Both the position numbers and the translations under genes were made by a program. A DNA stretch of 40,256 bases, from NCBI RefSeq assembly GCF_004010195.1, contig NC_057720.1, positions 18,758,286 to 18,798,541 of the forward strand, given 5' to 3'. The notes beneath the pieces were generated by a model. That model saw nothing but the letters and a program-made list of their open reading frames with translations, was not told where the DNA came from and searched no databases. Position 1 is the first letter of the stretch; each line of letters opens with the position of its first letter. Positions 1 through 10,379 of this stretch are shown one piece after another. Source of the stretch: Chiloscyllium plagiosum (taxonomy: Eukaryota).

Positions 1-6
1 AACAGG

Positions 7-44
7 AGAATCGACGTTTCGGGCATTAGCCCTTCTTCAGGAAT
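7..44 (-). ncRNA. Minimal type I hammerhead ribozyme core, antisense twin of 50-87
   Basis: Reverse complement reads AUUC-CUGAAGA-A-GGGC-UAAU-GCCC-GAAACGUC-GAUUCU. Confidence 0.7.
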
Positions 45-49
45 GCTTG

Positions 50-87
50 ATTCCTGAAGAAGGGCTAATGCCCGAAACGTCGATTCT
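50..87 (+). ncRNA. Minimal type I hammerhead ribozyme core (PLE-associated)
   Basis: CUGAAGA (54-60), extra A, stem II GGGC-UAAU-GCCC, then GAAACGUC (74-81). Helix III is reduced to palindromic ACGU and helix I is weak. Confidence 0.7.
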
Positions 88-515
88 CCTGTTCCCTAGA
101 TGCTGCCTGACCTGCTGCGCTTTTCCAGCAACACATTTCCATCTCTGATTCTATATCTAAACTGACCACGCTTTGCGTTTGCTGTTCAGCTCCTATGGCA
201 GCCTTATATGGTTTAAATTCTACCCCTGCAGCAAGGGGATCACCAATAATTAACTCTCCTTCCTCCCTCTTACCCAGAGTCTCTCAAAAGAATTGCTACT
301 TTCTTTTTCTCTTTCACCAACTGCTCATCAAAACACAACATCAACTGTGAACTACTGCCCAGACTTGGACATTGAGACAGGATTCTTGCTAGTTTGCAGT
401 GAGAGGCCTGTTCATGGGGATTATCACTCATTATCTCTACCTTATCTCATGTCATGAAAATGCACGTTCCATTCTCCCATTTGTGGGATAGAAACTAGAT
501 GTTGAGAATTTCTGA

Positions 516-658
516 ATCAGAAAGTATGGTGCTGAAAAAGCACAGCAGCATCCAATGAGCAGGAGAGTTGACGTTTCAAGCCTGACTGGCTGTGCTTTTC
601 CAGCACCACACTTTTTGACTCTGATCTCCAGCATCTGCAGTCCTCTCTTTCTCCTAGC
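516..658. mobile_element. Short palindromic non-coding PLE-derived insertion with 13-bp TSD
   Basis: Arms TGGTGCTGAAAAAGCACAGC / GCTGTGCTTTTCCAGCACCA. Direct repeat TGAGAATTTCTGA at 503-515 and 659-671. Confidence 0.75.
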
Positions 659-1154
659 TGAGAATTTCTGAGGTGAAAGTCTGAGCAGGTACCTGGTGAT
701 CCTACCTTAACTGCTCTGGACCTTCATCTTGCACACTTGGCACCAACATCTCTGGGTTTGTTCCACAGATAGTGACGACATGGAGCCCCAGGTCCACAGA
801 TGTTGGCATCCAACACATATCAGCCTCATCACATCACCATGGCACAATCCATTGAGAGTAAACCTCTCTTTCCTAGTTATGCATGTTGGGGATGGTGGGG
901 GCAGTCACCAGAGCCCCTCAATACAAAACTCACTGTGAGGATAAAGGAACATGCTACCAGCTCATCGACTGGGCTTCTCACTCACTCTCAATGCGCACTC
1001 ACTTTGTGCCAAACTGAATGCTCACAGCATCCCTGCCTTGTCTTTTTGTGCTTTGCCCTCTTAACCAGAGGCCTACACAGGGATTCTGTGTTGCTGTGCT
1101 GCTCAATGCAGATGGGAAAACCAGGCAGTTTGTCAAAGCTTTTCAGTACTCATT

Positions 1155-1497
1155 TAGAATTATTTAGAATGCCTACAGTGTGGAAACAGGCCCTTCGGCC
1201 TAACAGGTCCAAACCAACCTCCGAAGACTAAGCCGCCCAGACCCATTCCCCTACATTTACCCCTGAATGCACCTAACCTACACATCCCTGAACACTATGG
1301 ACAATATGGCATTGCCAATTCACCAACCTGCACACCTTTGGATTGTTTGAGGAAACCGGAGCACCTGGAGGAAACTCACATAGACATGGGGAGAATGTGC
1401 AAACTCCACACAGACAACCACCCGAGGCTGGATTCGAACCCGGGTCGCTGGCACTGTGAGGCAACAGTGCTAACCACTAGGGCCACCATGCCGCCCC
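1155..1497 (-). mobile_element. HE1-type V-SINE (tRNA-derived, elasmobranch)
   Basis: Reverse complement begins GGGGCGGCATGGTGGC..GTGGTTAGCACTG (A box) and GGTTCGAATCC (B box), then V-domain TGTGGAGTTTGCACATTCTCCCC and the CR1-like tail. Confidence 0.92.
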
Positions 1498-1694
1498 ATG
1501 AGACGAGAGGGTGGAGGACACCACCCGATCTCAATGTCATACGTACAGCATATGCGGTGACCTATATAGCAAACAGGCTGCATGTCAATTAACCAAATAG
1601 CCATGTCTCAACATCAAAAGTGAGTACATCTCAGTCAAGTCCAGGGGAGCTGCCTTCATCTGATGTCAAGTCCAGGGGAGTGAGTAAGGTCAGT

Positions 1695-2200
1695 CAACCA
1701 CTCAAGGAAGCTATAATCAAGATCCTCTCCTGGTAGGAGTTAATAAGATCAAAATCGGGCATCCCACCGCCCAGCTTGGCTCTTTCCATCCTCCTGTGGG
1801 CTGTTTCCTCCTGGAGTGAGATTGAGTGAGATGAAGATGGCTGGCCCAGCTGTTAGTGCTGATACAGGCAGGGGAAAGGTGGCCTGAATGAATGGGTAGG
1901 AGACACAGAGGCTGTACATGGATGGTCATGGGACAGCAAGTGGGGGAAGATGTTGCAACCAGTAGTGAAAGTAGTTCAACATAAACATCGATGGGATGTG
2001 ACACAGTAGCAGAGATACAATGCGTATGAAGTATCAGAGAAAATATGGTGGCAATGACCTATGATGTTCCTCTGACTCCAGGGGTAACCCCAGACCAGAG
2101 TCTGTGGTCAGGACCTTCATTGCCAGTTTTGGAGAGAACAGGATGGCCATTCTCTGCCTCACCCCATCCACCAGAACCAGGAGGACACACTCTGCAGGAT
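1695..2200 (-). pseudogene. Decayed PIF/Harbinger Myb/SANT-like DNA-binding protein gene (NAIF1/MSANTD-like), two exons
   Basis: Minus strand ~2190-2060 reads VLLVLVDGVRQRMAILFSP../EGPDHRLWSGVTPGVRGTS (frameshifted). After an acceptor CTCCAG (1816-1811) the exon from 1810 reads EETAHRRMERAKLGGGMPDFDLINSYQERIL, resembling the E-K-x-A-H-N-R-R-E-R-x-K-T-G-G-G motif. Confidence 0.6.
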
Positions 2201-2216
2201 GCCAGTGTCAGGGGCA

Positions 2217-4476
2217 AATTGAATTGAATTTATTGTCACGTGTACCAAGGCACAGTGAAAAGTTTTGTCTTGCGAGCAATACAGGCAGATCACAGAGTTA
2301 AGTAGCATAGATTAAGTAAATAATAGGTAAACAGCGGCAAAAACAAAAACACAGGTACAGGCAAATGTTAAGAGTTTGTGAGTCCATTCACTATTCTAAC
2401 AACAGTAGGGTAGAAACTGTTGCAAAACCAGCTGGTGCGTGTGTTCAGGCTTCTGTACCTTCTCCCCAATGGTAGAGGTTGTAGAAAAACATTGCCAGGG
2501 TGGGATGAATCTTTGAGAAGGCTAGTGGCCTTTCCTTGACAGCGAGCCTGGTAGAGGGATTCTATAGATGGGAAGTTGGCCTTTGTGATTGTCCAGGCCA
2601 TGTTCACCACTCTCTGTAACCGTCTCCGATCTTGAATGGTACAGTTGCCATACCAGGTAGTGATACATCCAGACAGGATGCTCTCGATGGCACACCTATG
2701 AAAGTTGGCAAGGGTATTCGCCGTCATGCTAAATTTCCTCAGCTGCCTGAGGAAGAAGAGACATTGTTGGGCCTTTGTAACCAGTGCGTCCACATCAAGA
2801 GTCCAAGAAAGCTTGTTGTGGATGACCACTCCCAGGAGCTTGACACTCTCCACTCGTTCCACCTCTGTGCTGTTAAAGTGTAGGGGGGCATGAGTAACAT
2901 CCTGCCAAATGTCAATAATGATATCCTTGGTTTTACCAGTATTGAGAGCTAGGTTGTTCTCTGTGCACCATTTTTCCAGATCTTCTACCTCCTGTCTGTA
3001 GTCTGTTTTGTCACCATCTGAGATTCGACCGACAATGGTGGTGTCATCAACGAACTTGTAAATGGCATTAGTCTGGTATTTGGCAACACAGTCATGGGTA
3101 TACAGTGAGTACAGTAGGGGGCTCCAGTGTTGAGTGTTAGTGAGAATGAAATATTGTCCCTAGTCTTCACTGATTGTGGCCTGTGGGTCAGGAAACTGAG
3201 GATCCAGTTGCAGAGAGTGGGGCTTAGTCTGAGATCACTATCTCTAATAATCAGTCTCAAGGGATAATAGTGTTGAAGGCTGAACTGTAGTCAATGAGTA
3301 GGATTCTTATGTAGCTGTTCTTGGTGTGAAGATGGTCTAGGGAGGAGTGACGTGCAAATGATATGGGATCTGACGTAAATCTATTGGTCTGATAGGCAAA
3401 TTGGAGTGGGTCAAGAGTAGTGGGAGGCTGGAGTTGATTAATGCCATGACCTGCCTTTCAAACCACTTCATGATCACCGAGGTTCGGGCCACTGGGCGGT
3501 AGTCATTGAGACATGCTGCATGAGCCTTCTTAGGCACAGGGATGGTGTTGGCCCTCTTGAAACAGGCAGGGACAATGGCCTTCTGCAGGGAGAGTTGAAG
3601 ATGTCTGAGAAGACTTCTGCCAGTTGATCTGCGCATGCCCTGAGTGCACGACCTCGTACTCCGTCTGGTCCCATTGCTTTCCTTGGATTCACACGAAGGA
3701 AAACTGATCTGACCTCCGATGCTGTGACTGTTGGGAAAGGTTCATCAGGACTTTTCGGAATTGGTGTTACCTCTCTGCCGAAATTCTGGTCAAAGTGAGC
3801 ATAGAAGGTGTCGAGACGATCTGGGAGGGATGTGTCATCGTCTGCATTCTTGCACTGTCTCTTTTTAGAACCTGTGATGTCATTCATTCCTTGCCATAGT
3901 CGCTGGGTGTCTGTCTGGGTCTCTAGTTTGGTATCGGTATTGGTTCTTGGCTATGTTAATGGATCTGCAAAGGTCATACTTGGATTCCTTATATTTGAGT
4001 GGGTCTCTTGATCTGAAGGCCTCATGCCTGGTTTTTAGCAGGTTCTGTATGTCCTGATTCATCTCGGGTTTCCTGTTGGGGAACACCCGGATTGACTTCC
4101 TCTGTATACAGTCCTCCCCACACTTCCTGAAAAAGTCTGTGATGGTGGTGGCGTACTCGTCCAGGGTACCTGCGGACTGTTTGAACATGGCCCAATCAGC
4201 CAATTCCAGACAGCACCGGAATTGATCCTCTGCCTCCTCTGACCAGCTCTGGACCTGTATCCACGAAGGAGTCTCCTGCTTGAGCTCATGCCTATAAACC
4301 GGGAGAAGAAACACGGAATTCTGGTCGGTGTTCCCGAAATGAGGGTGGGGGATGGAGCGGTAGGCATCTTTCACAGCGGTGTAGCAGTGGTCTAAAATGT
4401 TCGGGCCCCTGGTAGGGCAGGTAATGTTCTGGTGGTATTTGGGCAACACCTTCCTTAAATTGGCTTGATTGAAGTC
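2217..4476 (-). mobile_element. Rex1/Babar-clade LINE, frameshifted APE C-terminus + RT + 3' UTR
   Basis: ORF pieces [65 protein letters not shown] and KAQQCLFFLRQLRKF. (TTCAA)n tail at 2217-2230. Confidence 0.9.
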
Positions 4477-4535
4477 TAGATTAGAGTGGTGCTGGAAAAG
4501 CACAGCAGGTCAGGCAGCATCCGAGGAGCAGGAAA

Positions 4536-4570
4536 ATCGACGTTTCGGGCAAAAGCCCTTCATCAGGAAT
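4536..4570 (-). ncRNA. Minimal hammerhead ribozyme core (tandem copy 1)
   Basis: Reverse complement: CUGAUGA-A-GGGC-UUUU-GCCC-GAAACGUC-GA. Confidence 0.7.
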
Positions 4571-4608
4571 AAAAGCAGGGAGGTCAGGCAGCATCCAGGG
4601 AACAGGAG

Positions 4609-4644
4609 AATCGACGTTTCGGGCATAAGCCCTTCTTCAGGAAT
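4609..4644 (-). ncRNA. Minimal hammerhead ribozyme core (tandem copy 2)
   Basis: Reverse complement: CUGAAGA-A-GGGC-UUAU-GCCC-GAAACGUC-GA, 74 nt from copy 1. Confidence 0.7.
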
Positions 4645-4656
4645 GAGGAAAGTTTG

Positions 4657-5644
4657 NNNNNNNNNNNNNNNNNNNNNNNNNNNNNNNNNNNNNNNNNNNN
4701 NNNNNNNNNNNNNNNNNNNNNNNNNNNNNNNNNNNNNNNNNNNNNNNNNNNNNNNNNNNNNNNNNNNNNNNNNNNNNNNNNNNNNNNNNNNNNNNNNNNN
4801 NNNNNNNNNNNNNNNNNNNNNNNNNNNNNNNNNNNNNNNNNNNNNNNNNNNNNNNNNNNNNNNNNNNNNNNNNNNNNNNNNNNNNNNNNNNNNNNNNNNN
4901 NNNNNNNNNNNNNNNNNNNNNNNNNNNNNNNNNNNNNNNNNNNNNNNNNNNNNNNNNNNNNNNNNNNNNNNNNNNNNNNNNNNNNNNNNNNNNNNNNNNN
5001 NNNNNNNNNNNNNNNNNNNNNNNNNNNNNNNNNNNNNNNNNNNNNNNNNNNNNNNNNNNNNNNNNNNNNNNNNNNNNNNNNNNNNNNNNNNNNNNNNNNN
5101 NNNNNNNNNNNNNNNNNNNNNNNNNNNNNNNNNNNNNNNNNNNNNNNNNNNNNNNNNNNNNNNNNNNNNNNNNNNNNNNNNNNNNNNNNNNNNNNNNNNN
5201 NNNNNNNNNNNNNNNNNNNNNNNNNNNNNNNNNNNNNNNNNNNNNNNNNNNNNNNNNNNNNNNNNNNNNNNNNNNNNNNNNNNNNNNNNNNNNNNNNNNN
5301 NNNNNNNNNNNNNNNNNNNNNNNNNNNNNNNNNNNNNNNNNNNNNNNNNNNNNNNNNNNNNNNNNNNNNNNNNNNNNNNNNNNNNNNNNNNNNNNNNNNN
5401 NNNNNNNNNNNNNNNNNNNNNNNNNNNNNNNNNNNNNNNNNNNNNNNNNNNNNNNNNNNNNNNNNNNNNNNNNNNNNNNNNNNNNNNNNNNNNNNNNNNN
5501 NNNNNNNNNNNNNNNNNNNNNNNNNNNNNNNNNNNNNNNNNNNNNNNNNNNNNNNNNNNNNNNNNNNNNNNNNNNNNNNNNNNNNNNNNNNNNNNNNNNN
5601 NNNNNNNNNNNNNNNNNNNNNNNNNNNNNNNNNNNNNNNNNNNN
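4657..5644. other. Assembly gap
   Basis: Run of N. Confidence 1.
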
Positions 5645-5850
5645 GAGGGTGGAGCGGATAGGTGGGAAGGGAGATTGGCAGGTAGGACAGGTCATGAGGA
5701 CAGTGCTGAGCTGGAAGGTTGGAACTGGGGTAAGGTGGGGGGAGGGGAAATGAGGAAACTGGTGAAGTCCACATTGATGCCCTGGGGTTGAAGTGTTCCA
5801 AGGGGGAAGATGAGGCGTTCTTCCTTCAGGCGTCGGGTGTGAGGGAGTGG

Positions 5851-6050
5851 AGTCACCAGTTAGAATAAACAGGGCTTCGGGGTGTTCTGTCTCCAGGATG
5901 TTAGTGGTGGAGTACAATACATCCAGAGCTTCCTCAAATTTGCTTGTGGCAATATGGACACAGCAGTTAGTATAGCAGCAGTAAATTCCCATGGTAGATA
6001 GAAGGGGCGGAATTCAAGGTTTGGGGAGCAATGTCTGCCCAGGGTTGCAA
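5851..6050 (-). mobile_element. Rex1/Babar LINE, upstream endonuclease portion (5'-truncated end)
   Basis: CSPNLEFRPFYLPWEFTAAILTAVSILPQAN and ETEHPEALFILTGD, continuous with 4476 downward. Confidence 0.85.
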
Positions 6051-6371
6051 TGTATAAACAAATCCTGCAGCACTGGACTCCAGTGTTTGATGGGGTGCAC
6101 AATGGTCTTCAGAAAATTGCTTTGCCACCAGGAATCTCAGCAAGTCCCCTCAGGGGTGAGGACTTTCACCCAGCATAGGTGGGATATCTTGGCTAGCATT
6201 GGAGAAGGAGGGCATTATAAGACCCTGGTAATTAGTAAATGAGGCGCGTGAGGCGCGTTTGGGAGGATAACATGAGCAAACTCGTTCGGCCTCCAGGAGA
6301 GAAATCCTCCATGAAACCCAACAAAATTGACACCTATCCTATGTCTGATAGGATTCAGTCCACGGTCTCCA

Positions 6372-6505
6372 TTAGACTAACTTTTTACTCCAGATTTTTT
6401 ATTGAATATAGATGTCACCATCTGCCAAAGTGAGATTTGAATCGGTGTCCCCTGAACATGAGCCTAAGTTTCTTGTCTGGTGACATTATTACAAAACACT
6501 GGTTT
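6372..6505 (-). mobile_element. 5' fragment of the second tRNA-SINE family (as at 25330 and 32725)
   Basis: CCAGATTTTTTATTGAAT..CACCATCTGCCA..GAGATTTGAA resembles 25675-25720 and 32910-32965. Confidence 0.5.
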
Positions 6506-8084
6506 CCCATTATGTTAGCATTAAACTGCTTGTAGTCAGACAAACTAGAAGCCTGTAGACCTATCCATGAGTCTGGGATGAACATTTTATTGCATTGGTA
6601 CATCTGAAATAAATCTAGGTACTGAATTCTTTGTATTGCTGTCCATTTCCTGTACTTGTGGTATTTATGTATCATTAAAATATTGTACAAGTTCATGTGC
6701 AGATATTTAGCAATTTATACAGTAGAGCATTGAATTCTAGACATTGAATGAGGACAGCCATACATATGGTAAATGATTGCCAGGAAAACAGCAGTATATG
6801 TGGGAGGGAATGTTGGGATGATAATCTTATGTATTCTGATGTTTAAAACTGTTACATTACTGTTAAGTACAATTTCACATACAATTTATGACCACTCTGA
6901 CTTTTTTTTAATGTATATTACTGAACTTCCAATGAGAAGGAAGTGTTTATTGTTTGCTGATGCTTTATAAGTCATCAGCAAAAGTATCTTCACCATAGTG
7001 TCACTATGGCAATATTGCAAAAGCTTACTTCCACATAATTATGGCTAATTAAATCAACATTTATTAGTACCCACCATTCTCAGATGTTCTTACATCCTTG
7101 GATAATTTGTAGTGATTTCTTTCTTTGATGTGGAATTTTTAATGAGCACCAGTCTTCATTTTTTTCTCTTAATGTCACAGAATTCCAATGTAGCACATTA
7201 CATAGGAATTAAAGTATTTCTTTTCCTAGTTAGTCATTATGTCGAGTACATGAATGATGTCTGTGCTTTTCTGCTGCAATGCAGTTTGCTTTTTTTTAAT
7301 TCTTCAATCAATATTTTCAAGCTTCTTTTTCTCTTTTGCATCTCTTCACTGTCCCAATTGTGATAGCGTGGGGACTATCAGTTTTCAAATTCCATCATCT
7401 GATTTTAATGCATGGGACTTCCCTGAACTGACATGGTTTCTAAAAGTAAAATCATTACCTCAACGAGTTGTAAGCGTTCTTTATTGGGCCTTAGCCAAAT
7501 CAGGATTAGCATCTGTATGCATTCCATTATGAGATGTTTGATAAATGTTAGTACATTTCCATTAATATGGGATAAGCCTATAAAATGTTATAGATTTCCT
7601 TCCCTCATGAGTAGCTGCCAATATCCCCTCTCATGTTATGTTCCATTCTGTGTGGCAACTGCGTGTTACTTCTAAATATTTTCTGCAACATGTTTAAAGT
7701 ATCTTATTATGTCAGTTATCTGCATGGTAATATCAGGCAATTATTGTCTGTGCATGTGTGCAGTTAGCGGAGAACACTGTAAATTGCACTTCGTTTTCTT
7801 GGTGTGGTGACAAATTAATTTAAATCCATTTCCGCCAGTGTTAAAATCGATTAAATTTAAGAAGATTAAGTGAATTCCTTGGATGCATTACCAACAAATC
7901 CTAATGCCTCTTGGAGCATTTACACATCATACATCAACATTTGACTGGAACAAATTCCTGACTTGAACTCTCTTGTAGAAAGTTTACATTTGTTCTTGTC
8001 ATTGAATTCCAATTGTATGGAGGTCAAACATGTTCTTTTTATCATTCTTTCAAACTTAAACTTTGTTAAGAATATAATCCACCG

Positions 8085-8250
8085 GCAGACTAGGCAATCC
8101 AATTTCAGTGTCCTTTCTGAGACAACGAACCCAGTGGTAACACTGGTTATGGTCAATTAGATGCATTGGTTGGGCCACATTATCCAGATGTTTGACACAA
8201 GACTGCCAAAACAAGCTCCCTACTTCAAACTTTGTGATGGCAAGCAGTTA
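8085..8250 (+). mobile_element. RTE-clade LINE 3' fragment
   Basis: Translates HWLGHIIQMFDTRLPKQAPYFKLCDGK, matching the RTE WxGHxxRMxDxRLPKQ motif. Confidence 0.7.
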
Positions 8251-8299
8251 CACATTGTCACATTCCAGGCTTTGAGGGTGCTGTAAATGGTGACAGCTT

Positions 8300-9070
8300 G
8301 CATTGGTACTTGGGCCCCAACACTTCACAATCCATATCAATGGTTTGGACTTAGGAACCAGTTGTGAAATTATAAAATTCATGGATGACGCAAACTTAGG
8401 TCAGAAAGTGTGTCATGAGGAAGATGCAAAGTGGCTTCAAGAGAGTTTGAACAAACTTGTTGATTGGGCAAGAACACAGCAGATGGAGTATAATGTGGAC
8501 AAGCATGAGGTTATCCACTTTGGTAGGAGGAACGGATGTACAGAGTGTTTGGGTGGCACAATGGCTCAGTGGTTAGCACTGCTGCCTCACATGCTAGGGA
8601 CCTGGGCTTGATCCCACCCACTGTCTGTCTGGAGTTTGTACATTCTCCCCACGTCTGTGTGCAGTTCTTCCAAGTGCTCCAGTTTCCTCCCTCAATCCAA
8701 AGATGTGCAGGTTAGGTGAATTAGCCATGCTGTATTGCCCATAGTGTCTAGGGATGTGCAGACTATGCGGATTAACCTTCAGAAATGTAGGATTACAAGG
8801 ATAGGGTTGGGTTGTGGGTGAGATACTCTTTAGTTGGATAATGTGGCCCAACCGATGGCCAAATGGCCTACTTCCACACTCTCAGGATTCTATGTTTGAG
8901 AATGTTTATGTCTGTAAACAGGGGTTACAATTTCAAGATTATCAGCAAGAGAGCTAGCAGTGAGGTGAGGAGAAATGTCTTTAGACAGTTGATAGGATTT
9001 GTCTGGGAAAGTGGTGGAAATGGATTCCATTGGTGGTTTCAAAAGAGAGCTGGATACATACTTGAAAGTG
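8300..9070 (+). mobile_element. CR1 LINE RT/3' fragments interrupted by HE1
   Basis: VLGPQHFTIHINGLD..IIKFMDDANLG..WARTQQMEYNVDKHEVIHFGRRN. The decayed RGYNFKI..VRRNVF tail resumes after 8915. Confidence 0.8.
8550..8895 (+). mobile_element. HE1-type V-SINE
   Basis: GGGTGGCACAATGGCTCAGTGGTTAGCACTGCTGCCTCAC head, V-domain and tail. Confidence 0.9.
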
Positions 9071-9316
9071 ATTTGACAACTTCTGAGTCAACAGCAGACA
9101 CACTTATGGTGCTGGCTATACTCAAATTAATGTTAACACATTAGTAAAGCTCTCTTTGGGTATAAGAAAAATAAAACAAAAAAAATGTTGAATTTTCTAT
9201 TTTTGTTTTAATAATACCTTTCCTAATAAATATGATTTCATGGTGAATTATTCTAGTGGAATATTGCTGCCTGATCTGCTGTGCCTTTTCGTCTCCACAT
9301 TTTATCTATTCTTAAT

Positions 9317-9750
9317 TGATGTGGCAACTGCTCTGTCCAAGACTGCAAGAAGTTACAGAGAAATGTGAGCACAGTCCAGTCCGTCATGAAAACCAACCTT
9401 CCTTCCACTAACTCAGTCTACACTTCCTGCTGCCTCGGGAAAGCAGCCAACATAATCAAAGCCCCCTCCCACCCTGCTTTTCTCTCTTCCACCCTCTTCC
9501 ATCGGGCAGAAGATACAAATATTTGAAAACATGTACAAACAGGTTCAGGAACAGCATCTTCCCCACTGTTATTTGACATATGAGTTGATCTTTCTTTGCA
9601 CATTCTCTGCCACCTTCCACAAGATATTCTGCATTCTGTTCTATTGCCCTGATGTACTTATGTAAGGCATGATTTGTCTGGTTAGCACGCAAAACAATAA
9701 TTTTCACTTTATCTCAGTAGATGTGACAATAATAAATCAAATCAAATTAA
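9317..9750 (+). mobile_element. Rex1/Babar LINE 3' fragment
   Basis: GNCSVQDCKKLQR parallels GNCTIQDRRRLQR in 2368-2862. Ends GTGACAATAATAAATCAAATCAAAT. Confidence 0.8.
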
Positions 9751-10379
9751 AATTCCTCAATTTACAGACCTTTGCATGCTTCCAGCTGAATTTGTTGTCA
9801 GCGTTTCAAATATAGACATTTCTGGTTTGCAGCTCTGCAATAGTTTCTACATGACACAATTGTAAGGAAGATGTCATGTTACTATGGTAAATGTTGCACA
9901 ATGAGTCACCAATGTTGAGAATTTCATCTCAATTTTGCTTACTTCTTCTATTTTGTATAGGTTTCCATGGTTTTGCCTCTGCATGTGAACCAAGCAACCT
10001 CCCTAACCTAAAAGAGTAGATCAGTAACCATCTACACAACATCTGTAAAATTGCAGTCAATTTCCTTACACTGTAGTCGTAAGAGTGAAAGGGAACTTAC
10101 AAAATTAACACGGCAAGATGTCAGTGAAAAATTGTCTGCAACTAAAGTACAGCATGCTGCTCCAGGTATACACAAAACCCACGTGCTTCCTTTTACCGCT
10201 CATGATTAGTATGTTTGTGTGTGATTGTGTGTTTTCTCACCCTCAATGTCCCACTTCAATAATGCCAGCAGCAAGCTTTTTATAAGTTAAAGTGAGTTGA
10301 GAGCTAGCTAAATTGGACTGGCAAATTAGGTTGGAGGATAGGTCAACAGAAGTGCATTTGGTCAATGTTTAAAGATGGT

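Larger units (their letters stand above)
1..148. mobile_element. Penelope-like element terminal repeat (pLTR) pair in inverted orientation, cut by the window edge
   Basis: 1-44 is the exact reverse complement of 50-93 (5-nt spacer GCTTG). It is followed by GATGCTGCCTGACCTGCTG..TTTTCCAGCA, the same tail found downstream of the GIY-YIG ORFs at 14270-14605 and 16731-17512. Confidence 0.85.
4477..5850 (-). mobile_element. Penelope-like element inserted in the Rex1 endonuclease; spans an N gap
   Basis: pLTR tail at 4477-4656 and GIY-YIG C-terminus (..EGRTPH/GTLQPQGINVDF frames) at 5645-5850. It separates host codons ILTGD and FNQANL. Confidence 0.85.

Noticed and set aside
800..1231. 143-aa ORF
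   Set aside because: No recognisable domain, non-ATG start, and it ends inside an HE1 SINE.
4469..5992. 335-451 aa ORFs
   Set aside because: Mostly X from the N gap. The same applies to ORFs over 19973-20217, 37671-37923 and 38518-39017.
9935..10020. Strong plus-strand splice acceptor (..TTCTTCTATTTTGTATAG|G at 9960)
   Set aside because: All frames stop within 20 codons and no partner exon was found. Such motifs are common by chance in AT-rich DNA.
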